Positions 52,241 to 64,000 of a stretch of DNA of 64,000 nt are shown one piece after another. Made by a program: the position numbers and the translations under genes. Position 1 is the stretch's first letter. Every line of letters begins with the position of its first letter. The notes under the pieces are model-generated. The model saw only the letters and a list, made by a program, of their open reading frames with translations, ran no database searches and was not told the DNA's origin. The stretch spans positions 21,728,001 through 21,792,000 of the forward strand of contig CP086569.2 in the NCBI GenBank assembly GCA_009914755.4, read 5' to 3'. The DNA is from the human T2T-CHM13v2.0 reference genome, Homo sapiens.

Positions 52241-52594
52241 CTAAGTTCTCCCAATTCTTAGTCCTTTAACACTTCTTTTTCTCCTTCTCTTATTTGGACC
52301 TTATGTCTTCTGTTTAGTTTCTCAATTCATACAAGATAGCATCAAGGCCATCCCCAATCATTCTATATGACAAATGCTCCTTCTAACAACCCCACAATAT
52401 TGCCCCTTAACAAAAAATCTTCCTTCAGGTTAATCTCTCCCACTCTAGGTTCACATGCCACCCCTAATCCCACTTGAAGCAGCTGTGAGAAACCCTGCCC
52501 GTTATCTTTCTGTAAGACCCTGTAAAATTTTTGCTGCTCCAACACTTCAACACTATTTTGTTTTAGTCTTCATATTAATATAAGGAGACAGGAA
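52241..52594 (+). mobile_element. HERV-H 3'-terminal internal fragment (plus strand), paralogous to 50504-50840 (reverse complement), ending in PPT-like ...ataaggagacaggaa
   Basis: ctaagttctcccaattcttagtcctttaacacttctttttctccttctcttatttggaccttatgtcttctgtttagtttctcaattcatac...cactattttgttttagtcttcatattaatataaggagacaggaa aligns with the reverse complement of 50504-50840 (...cctcacaattcttagtccttgaatacctctttttctacttctcttatttggaccttgtgtcttccatttagtttctcaattctt...cactattttgttttattttccttattaatataagaagacaggaa). Confidence 0.75.
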
Positions 52595-52961
52595 TATCAG
52601 ACCTCTGATCCCAAGCCTGCATGTATACATCCAGATGGTGTGAAGCAACTGAAGAATCATAAAAGAAGTGAAGTTGGCCAGTTCCTGCCTTAACTGGTGA
52701 CATTACCTTGAGAAATTCCTTCTCCTGACTCCGAAGCTCCGCCACTGAGCACGTTATGACCCCCCATCCCTGCCCATGAGAGAAAAACACCCTTTGACTG
52801 TAATTTTCCACTACCTACCCAAATTCTATAAAATGGCCCCGCCCCTATCTCCCTTTGCTGACTCTTTTTTTGGACTCAGTCCACCTGCATCCAGGTGATT
52901 AAAAAGATTTATTGCTCACACAAAGCCTGTTTGGTGGTCTCTTCACACGGAAACACATGAC
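52595..52961 (+). mobile_element. LTR7 copy D (plus strand)
   Basis: tatcagacctctgatcccaagcctgcatgtatacatccagatggtgtgaagcaactgaagaatcataaaagaagtgaagttggccagttcctgccttaactggtgacattaccttgagaaattccttctcctgactccgaagctccgccactgagcacgttatgacccc...ctcacacaaagcctgtttggtggtctcttcacacggaaacacatgaca. Confidence 0.85.
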
Positions 52962-55900
52962 ATGAGTTACTACGGGGAAGAATCTGTGTGCCTATCTTCC
53001 TGTTTTCAGTGATGATATGCTGAAAGAATGGTGTAGGAATATAAATATTCCGTTTATCAGTGCTAAGTCTTTTTCACAAAACAAGGCAGAGATCTACTCA
53101 TTTTTGCTCTCTAAACTTGGAAAAGTTAATTTATCCAAATCTTTATTTTTTCCTAACTAGACTGTTCATCTTATTACTAAGATGAAGGAATGTATTGCAA
53201 GTTACATGTTACTATCATTCCCAGTATGAAAGAGCTACTTTGAATTTGAACATGTAAGAGCATTCAACATAGTGCCTGGCACAGTAGAACAGGGCATTAA
53301 CAGGACACTGGACTTGATCCTCAAATTATTTAAGCTGATTGATTAACTGCAAACAATCTAATTAATATTATCTACTATTACTCCTATATATCTATTTTTA
53401 GCTAAGATTTAGGTCCTTCTTAGCATTGAAATTTTAACTGAATTTCAGTTGAACCTTAAGAAATGTTAACCATGACCTTAAAATAACTGCTGTATTCTAA
53501 AATTTGAAGTGATATTCCCAATATTCCTCTTGCCTAGATTAAAAATTGTTGAAGGTCTTCTTTCACTATCAAAGTTCAAAGATACACCACAGCATACAAA
53601 TCAATATATTTAAAAACTATTTATCACGTCCAAAGTAATAAAAGAGATCCCAGTTCAAGTTGACAAAACACAAACTGGATTTAAAGTACTGTATTAAAAA
53701 AGAAAACAAAATGAAAATAAGTTTGTTTAGGGCAATTAAAATAAATATTTCATTTTTAAAGCCATGACACTAAAAAGAATGAAAAACACCTGTAGGATAG
53801 TTTTTTTATATATTTTTTTCATTCTAAGGATCTTGTGCTTTTCAGAGAAAGATAGCTTTCTCGTAAAAGTTCATGCACAAAACACTTACCTATACCTGAC
53901 AAGAGGTTTCAGAGCCTAATCTGCCATTTGGTGAGTCTAAATCCACTAATGTTACATATCAACAATTTCCCACTACTTCTTTTAAGTTATGTCTCATTTA
54001 CCTTCCTCCTTAAGAACTTCATAAGCTTGTTTTAAATATTTTATATACTTGTCATAAACTAGAGTTTGCTAAGAGTACCGGTACTCTGGTTAATGATCAA
54101 AATGGTGTGCCCAGAGGAAAAGCAAGCACTCTTAAATATGAATGCAATCCTTATTAACACAAACTGAGACATTTTAATAAAATGTTAGCCCAAAAAACAT
54201 CTCATTCTATAAAGATTAAACCATTTCCAAATCACAGTGAAAGGAACTTGAGTAATGAACAAATTTTGTTAACTATGTGCCTTAGAGACATCTCACTAAA
54301 ATTTGGGTATCTGACACAATAGAATAACATTTGCAGAAAGTAATATTGTAGGTACAGTACTCAGATTGATTGTTACAGACTATTAAATGGTTACATCTTA
54401 ATTATTTATACAGAACATTGGTCCAATAACATAAAAACAGAGAAAAGCATCTAGAAATTTATCTCTTTCAATGTTTGGAGATAAAACAGTTAACCATCTT
54501 TTCCATTATTTTCTGCAGTAAGTCCTTGTACACAATGAAAGTTGATGGCAATTAAATTCAGGAATTTTCCCCAGCTACTGTATGAAGAGAATGTTGAAGC
54601 CCATTACTATACAGCACACTGCAACATAAGGAATCTTCCATTCACCAATTCTGACACACTTCCAAAATATACCCAACAATTCAGTTTCATTTCTGTCCAT
54701 GAGGCTGGGTGCCAAGGATTGAATATAAACACAGGTACATATAAGCAGCAAGATTATGGTCAATAGACTCTGAAAATTGAAAATAGCAGACATAGCAAGG
54801 ATGGCAATGCCACAGCCACGTCACCCTTCCGGGCCCCAGGTGGCTTAAAAACCTTTTAAATATACACGCACATACACATACACATACATATACATAAAAA
54901 CACAAACATTCCATAGTATTACTTCAGTACTTTGAACATGAGATAATAAAAAACTCCCCAGCTTGCAAATTACAAAAATTCTGTTAGCACTAAATTGTGG
55001 TTTTTATATTAGTAGAAAAGCAAGAGCAGATTAAAAGCTGGCAGAAAATGAAATAAAACAAAAAAAAGAGAGAATATGAATTCTGTAGTTTGCAAGTCAA
55101 TCATAGGGCTGTTTTTCCTTAATGTAAATGTGCATAAAAACCATATTACTTCTATTTTACATATACTATAGCAAGCTGTGGTGCCACAAACCTACAGAGT
55201 GCTTGAAAAAAGATTATTCTCTTTGTTTTTGTCTTTTTCATAGATTATTTGTTTTACACATTTATTTCTTTCTTCAAAGGGGGCACTGAGCTGCGCCCTA
55301 GTGTTTCTGTGTGGTGGACTGATATGCTGCTTGTAGGCAGGACTTCACAGTGTGTCACCACTGATTCATTTCACCTGCTTACACACATCCCATGAAAAGT
55401 CTATAACCTTTGAGAGGGCTCAAGACACTAGGTGATCAGCCCTTATACTCATTTTCTGGATGAACCATTTGTACAACAAAATTTTTTGGGGGATTACTTT
55501 GTGTGACTGCTGCACATCATGGGAGATCAACCACCCAGCCAGTCCCATGAAGTCTCCTGTCACTCAGGGGTGTCTTTCAGCTGGGAGGCACAAATGCCCT
55601 TTTCCTTTGGAGCTGAGAAATCTCAGACTCTGCTTCACCTACGTAAACAGCAGTCCATTTCCTCACGCAAATGTGCACAAACTGAATTAAGATTAATTCT
55701 GGGGAAAAAAAAGAGAGAAAACACTTTAAAATGCATCTCTGAACTAGAATTAGAACCCTAAAACAACAGCTTTCTAGGAGAAAACCCAGCTTGAATAAAT
55801 CCAGAACTGTCAACCAAAACAGAGATCTCGGGCCCAGGAGGACTTACCATCTCCACTGGAGGAGAAGCTTGAAGTTGCATAGGCTCTAATGGGTCCTGCA

Positions 55901-55989
55901 GGTGCCTTAGCTCTAAGTTTGGGTAACTCCTTTGGGGTTCTAAGTCTTCTCTGAGGCCCCACATATTGAGGCACAAAATTATATTCAAT

Positions 55990-56116
55990 GAAAAGTGTCA
56001 AACTGTAAAATATTTTGAAGAGATTTATTCTGAGCCAAATATGACTGACCATGGCCCATGATGCACCCTCCAGCAGACACTGAGAACATGTTCACAAGGT
56101 GGTCTGGATGGCGCTG

Positions 56117-56148
<32 letters not shown>

Positions 56149-56800
56149 TATTTTAGGGAGGCTTGAGACATCAATCAAATATATTTCAGAAATACATCGG
56201 TTTGGTCCAGCAAGGTGGGACAAGACAACTCGCGGGAGAAGTAGCTTCAAGTTTATACACTAATTTAAACATATTCTGGTTGACAATTGAATGAGTTTGT
56301 CTAAAGACCTGGGATTGATAAAAAGGAAATATTCAAGCTAAGCTAAAACATTGTGGAGACCAATGTTCTTTTGAAGTTTTATAGGGGCTGCCTTTAGAAA
56401 AATGACAAATGCTTCCTATTAAGGCCTTTAAAATGTGCTAAACTATTAGTTTAACTCTTCAGGATTGGCAGGGCCTGAAGAAAAAGATCTAGCCATGTTA
56501 ATAGGGATTCTTTTCAGACACAAACTTGTCCCCACAAAGGACAGCTTTGCAAGACCATTTCAAAATACTGGAAATACACGTTTTGACATAAAATAGTTTG
56601 ACTTCCTTTTCATTACATAATGTTATCCCAGAATTGGATTGGAAAGTAAGACACAGTATATAGGGTTAAATAAAATCCATCTGTTTAGAATTTATGGTTT
56701 GTAGGAGATGGCTACCCAGACCCCTTAGACAGGAATTTAGGCAAATTTTAAAAATCAGATCTTAGTCTTCGCATTTGGCAGAAAATATTATGCTATATTA
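55990..56800 (+). repeat. Unclassified interspersed repeat X, copy 2 (contains T40 expansion at 56118-56157)
   Basis: Colinear with 23025-23196 + 24640-25300 (see those entries). Confidence 0.6.
56118..56157. repeat. T40 mononucleotide run
   Basis: Direct reading: about 40 consecutive T. The paralogous copy 1 has only ttggttttggttttatatatttt at the corresponding place. Confidence 0.95.
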
Positions 56801-56879
56801 TATTTTTCTTATTAGATGTCATTTGCTACTTTGGCAAAGTATTGTTTTCTGAGTGTTTTTATTCTGAAATGTGTTGTAT

Positions 56880-57050
56880 TTTGCAAAATGAGATATTTTC
56901 TGTCTATTGAGCTGATCCTGTGACTTTTGTCTAGTATTCTATTGATGTGATATATTCCATTGATTTTTATATGTTGAATCCATTCTTGTTGCTGGAATAA
57001 ATCTTAGTTCATTGCTGTGTATTATCCTTTTAATATGTTGGTGGGTTTGG
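56880..57050 (-). mobile_element. Old L1 ORF2 fragment, minus strand (antisense visible on plus)
   Basis: tattgatgtgatatattccattgatttttatatgttgaatccattcttgttgctggaataaatcttagttcattgctgtgtattatccttttaatatgttgg parallels the L1 antisense ...tatatactggattacgtttattgatttttgtatgttgaaccagccttgaatcacagggatgaagcccacttgatcatggtggataagtttttgaagtgttgctgg (seen at 1270-1370). Confidence 0.5.
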
Positions 57051-57224
57051 AGAGAAGGGGGAGAGATGGGAGAGAGAGAGGGGGAAGAGCAAGTAAGAAG
57101 AATTCCTCCTCTTACTTTCAGGAATGTCCTTCTCTCTGTGGATTATCTGTTCTTTTACCACTTTACTTTCCTAAGAAATTTGGTCTTACTTTGCACTGCG
57201 GATTCACTATGATCTATTTCTTGA

Positions 57225-57545
57225 TCAAGATCCAAGAACCCTCACTTGGGGTCTGGATTGGCACCCCATTTCTGAAACATATTTCTGGTGACTACAGAAG
57301 GGACTCTGGTGCACAAACTCTGACCTAATTGCTACCTTTGGATAGGTGTTGGGGTCTTGTAACATATTTCTGGAGACCACAGAAGGGACTATAGTGCGAA
57401 AACTACCGACTTTGGGTAAGTGGTGGGGTCCTATAATGTATTTCTGGTGAACCAGGGATGACACTGAAGAGACTACCTGACCCAAAGGAAAATCATCTGT
57501 GTGCAACAATTGGCTGACTTTGGGTAAGTGGAGTGCATATATCTT
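57225..57545. repeat. Minisatellite: about 4 imperfect tandem copies of a ~75-85-bp unit
   Basis: Units: catatttctggtgactacagaagggactctggtgcacaaactctgacctaattgctacctttggataggtgttggggtcttgtaa / catatttctggagaccacagaagggactatagtgcgaaaactaccgactttgggtaagtggtggggtcctataa / tgtatttctggtgaaccagggatgacactgaagagactacctgaccc...gactttgggtaagtggagtgcatatatc; a partial unit precedes them (cttggggtctggattggcaccccatttctgaaa). Confidence 0.8.
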
Positions 57546-57640
57546 GGTAAAGAATGGGATTGGATTAGAGGCCCAACTCATGGGAGCTACAGTATCCTAA
57601 GATAGAGTAGGTTAGAGGTCCTTCTTAATAAAAGGCAAGA

Positions 57641-57964
<324 letters not shown>

Positions 57965-60900
57965 TCAAAGACCCTTGACTGATCTTGGGTTAGAGGCCTG
58001 ATTTAGAAGGGTTAAAGTTTCTTCTAAGATTTATGTGGTTAGAGACCGCTCTGAGTAAAGTTACCTTTGGCTAACAATGGGTTTGGCACACACCACAAGC
58101 TATGCTGGTTGTATTAATCAGCTTTATCTTATTTACTCAATGAATACATTTCTTGGTTGCTGTCTCTCTTTCACTGTCATTTTCAGGAGACTCTTTAACT
58201 GGTCTTAGGGCTTTTAACTTACTCTTTCCCTGTGCGCATCTCAATTTTCATCTATTTGCTTATAAAAGACTGGGAACAAAAAGCATTGAAGCTATTGTCT
58301 CTAAAATTGTTGATTTAGATTCGGTGTTTAACGGCTATAAGAAATAGGTTTAAGTAGATATGGTTATGTTTTGTTGCCACCTTTCAGACCATCAAGAACA
58401 ACTAGGATGGAAATAAGGGGTCTTTTCTCCTTGATGTTTTGTTTCATTTTGCACACTAAAAAAAACACTACTTTCTTGAACTTCAGCAAACCAGCTTTGT
58501 TTGTCTGCTATTGCTCAGGGCCTGCTTGCTCTGGTCATTCCCATCTAAATCCTCTTTATCTCCTTTGCTTTAATTTGATATTTCTGTGGAAGTCCATGTT
58601 GTGATTTACCTAAGATTCATGGCTTGTTTCACTTACATTATTTGGATAATGTGAATAAGAGAATTCAATTTTCAGCAGGGATCCCCTCATTAATGCAGCT
58701 GGTCTTAAAAACCTCTCATTATTTTTAGTGGCCAAGCTTGAATGCTGAGACTAGTTTAAGCTGAACGGGCTTAAAAGGAGAAAACTGGTGTTTCTATGTA
58801 ATACCATTTGGTCTCTGTATTATTCCAAAAAACAAGAGAAATAGCCTTTTACTGGAACTACAGCTATAATAGTATACTTCAACTCAATTTAATTTGTAAG
58901 TGGGAGATAAAAATACTATATGTTCAAGCATTTTTTTGCTGCTCAGTCAGGATAAAACTCTGCATGTTTGATGAGAGAAAAATAGGAAAAAGAGCTAAAC
59001 ATACTAGATGACCCTTTAATGCAAACCCTCTCCTTCTGGTTCAGTGGGCATTTTTGGGTGGAGCAGAGCTTCCTTCTGTCAGCTCGAATGTTCAGGTGTA
59101 TTGGCCCTTTCCCTCTCTAGTCCACTTGAAAGTTCTATAGGGACCACTTAATCTATTCCAGTCCCCCTCTATGCCTACCATGCCCTGAGGAACTTAGGCC
59201 AGCAAGTACTACTTATAGTGGAGCCTCCTGTTTACCTTTAAAGTGAAATCTTTGTCCACTCACAGGGGTGGCAAATGGGGAAGAAGTCGCTGTGAAAGTG
59301 CATGTTCTCTTTTCTATGTCTGCTTTTGGTCCTACATAAAGAGAAAATCATTTTTTTCTGAAAATCTAGGAAAATTTACAGATAAATTTGGGAAATTCAC
59401 TCTAACCTATAGTTTAACTAGGCAGGATCTGCATGTTTTGTTGTCTGTGTGTTGTACAGTGGAAGAGAAACAATGCATTTTGGGGGTAGATAGGTCCATG
59501 CACATGAAGTATTGGGTTAAAACCAAAATCATAATATATGTCAGGCAGGAGGTATAGCCTTTTGAGATCAAGATTCAGAGAGGAACTATCAAAGGAGCAG
59601 TGAGGACTTGGGGATGAGAGATGATACGGTCAGTTGTTTATTGAGAGGAATGAAGAAATATACAAAAAAGCCTTTTAACTGTGAAAAAGTTAAGGAAGTT
59701 TCTCAGCACAAATGTGAGAATCCAGATTTGTTTCAAGGGCTTTTAATTGAGAAAATCAGGTAATATACTAACACTGATCCTGCCTCAAGGGAAGGACAAA
59801 AGCTTTTTGGAGTGCATTTTGTAACCCAGTCTGCCCCTTACATCCATAGGAAACTACAAAAAGCAACTATGCGTCCTCAAATTCCTATGTAACATCTTTT
59901 GGATATGGCATTTTTAGTTTTTAATAACAGGGAAAAAGCAGAGGAAGCAGAAAGAGCAATAAAGGCCTCCCACAAAGTGCAGCTCAAAGCTGTAACCTTA
60001 AGCTTACTGTCCATATGAGGTTGCCCTCCTGGCTCTTGGCCTGAACAAGTGAAGCTGAAAGTGGGAATTACAAAGCTCAGTGTCCAAGTCACCATGGCTT
60101 AGGCATGAATCAGTGTGCACACTGGAAGAAAACTGGCCATTGGAAGAGAGATACCCAGCATTCCAAAGGGAGCCATTGGCACACAAACCAATGATGACCA
60201 AAATAGTCAGGCAAGCACAAGAGTTATGGGGTCTGAAAACTTCTGTTATAACTCCCATTGGACAACTAGCCATGTCTCCAGAGGAACCTCAGGTAACACT
60301 TGATGTGGCAGGTAAGTTTGTTAACTTCTTTCTGGACTGCTGACTCAGTTTTCATTCATTGTAATGGACCTCTGTCACCCAAAATTGTATGGTCATGGAG
60401 ATAGATGGCCAAACCTATAGAAGCAATTTTACCTATCCTCTAAACTATTCTTATGGACTTTGGTTTTCTCACATTACTTTCTTATTATGTCTGGATGCCA
60501 CAGGGCAGTAGCAGCAACTGTTCTTTTAGTAGATGAAGCCAATGAACTGCTTTTAGGACAATATATGGAGGCTTTAACTTCACACCAAGTATAAGGAGTA
60601 CTGGAAGCTAAAAGACACCAGTGGATGACAGGGGGATGCTTATTGAAATATCAGGCTTTGTTACTAGAAATTCTTGATGAACTGTTAATACCAGGTGACA
60701 ATCAGTGAAAAAAAGTTAAGCATTTGCATGACTGTACTCATTTGGGAAGAAATTCTATGTTTCAATTAACGTCACAGCTTTTTACAGGAAAAGGCTTACT
60801 TAAAAGAGTAAAGCGAGTAACTCAGACTTGTGAACATGTGCACTTTTACCAGTTGGGTTCAGGACTTTCCTAAGCAATCTCAAAAGGAAATAGAGGTTTC

Positions 60901-61514
60901 TGAACTCCTACTAAAGGAGTAATTGCTAGATTTTGGTGGCCTAAAAACTTACAGAGAGATAATGCCCCATCGTTCATAATGACAATTACAAAAAACCTAT
61001 CTTCATCTCCAGGAATTCCTTAGTACCAAAATTGTATTTAAACTTCTGGGAATAAAGTTCTGGGTCCACTTATATCGATTTAATCCTGTCTCTTATGAAA
61101 ACTCACAGGCTGATGGAACACAAGAGATTGATCCCATTTATTCCTGTGAACCAATCAGTGACTTCTGACTTCTGTTCAGAAGAAATGAAAGTGATGGGTA
61201 ACATAAAGATATGGATTGGTATTCTACTTTTGGGTATAAATTGGAATCAAGCAGACAGTAACTTATTTACTGAGGGGGCACAGATTTTAGCATCTCTATA
61301 TAACCAAAAAAACCATTAGGTATGAGGAGAATTGCTGCCATTCTCTACCGTTGTGTTGCCCTGGCATATTCAACCAACCAACTTAAGTTTATAAGGATTT
61401 TATTATTATTAGGAAACTGAACATTATAAATATAGCCCCTCTTCTCCCATGTATCACAGCCACATGGGACTTAGGTGCTTCCCTTTCTATGAAGAGACAA
61501 GAAGGCACCTTTGT

Positions 61515-64000
<2,486 letters not shown>

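Noticed and set aside
50152-52961. Interpreting LTR7-D as the 3' LTR of provirus A (43716-…) interrupted by a 3.8-kb insertion
   Set aside because: This is possible but not supportable here. A's internal sequence ends in non-homologous AT-rich DNA at about 48500, and the flanking pentamers of A (…atacc|) and D (|gagtt…) do not match as a TSD. The minus-strand mini-provirus itself lacks TSDs. This is left as an open alternative in the HERV-H cluster finding and is not asserted.
57225-57545. Tandem repeats (this 80-bp array and the 19-bp array at 39225-39282) as possible CRISPR arrays
   Set aside because: The context is eukaryotic (Alu/L1/HERV). The units are imperfect and lack the regular repeat-spacer architecture, and no cas-like ORFs are nearby.

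Overview
The window is primate, almost certainly human, genomic DNA. It is AT-rich and is not a prokaryotic or accessory-genome region. About 55-60% of it is recognisable transposable-element sequence, and I found no intact host protein-coding gene, rRNA, tRNA or CRISPR array. Nothing in the sequence supports a novel biological system.

What is there:
- Four primate L1 (L1PA-type) copies on the minus strand or full-length in the + direction: 1-5420, 11864-15530, 32709-34990 and 61515-64000.
- Two L1 copies with classic twin-priming 5' inversions and clear target-site duplications: 23197-24639 and 35461-38072.
- An L1 3' fragment (21193-22395) carrying a nested Alu with its own target-site duplication.
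- An ancient L1M ORF2 fragment (about 8130-10700) split by a full-length GAPDH processed pseudogene (8506-9785).
- About ten Alu elements, including one near-consensus AluY with a perfect 11-bp target-site duplication.
- Two THE1/MST-type (MaLR) LTRs.
- A rearranged HERV-H cluster (43716-52961) with four LTR7 copies in +,-,-,+ orientation. It contains gag/pro/pol remnants and a mini-provirus in which the 5' LTR and primer-binding site are fused directly to RNase H.
- Two pairs of unclassified paralogous repeats.
- Simple repeats: an (ATTT)10 tract, a TA-rich block, GT-rich tracts, an ~80-bp minisatellite, and long A/T runs including a T40.

Every ORF in the supplied six-frame track that I could interpret is TE-derived (L1 ORF1/ORF2, HERV-H gag/pro/pol) or lies in a pseudogene. 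The points worth a second look are structural: the HERV-H/LTR7 cluster architecture, the two twin-primed L1s, a 311-bp tandem duplication inside an L1, and candidate polymorphic repeats.

All coordinates are by eye and may be off by ±5-20 bp. Family names come from memory of consensus sequences, not from a database search.
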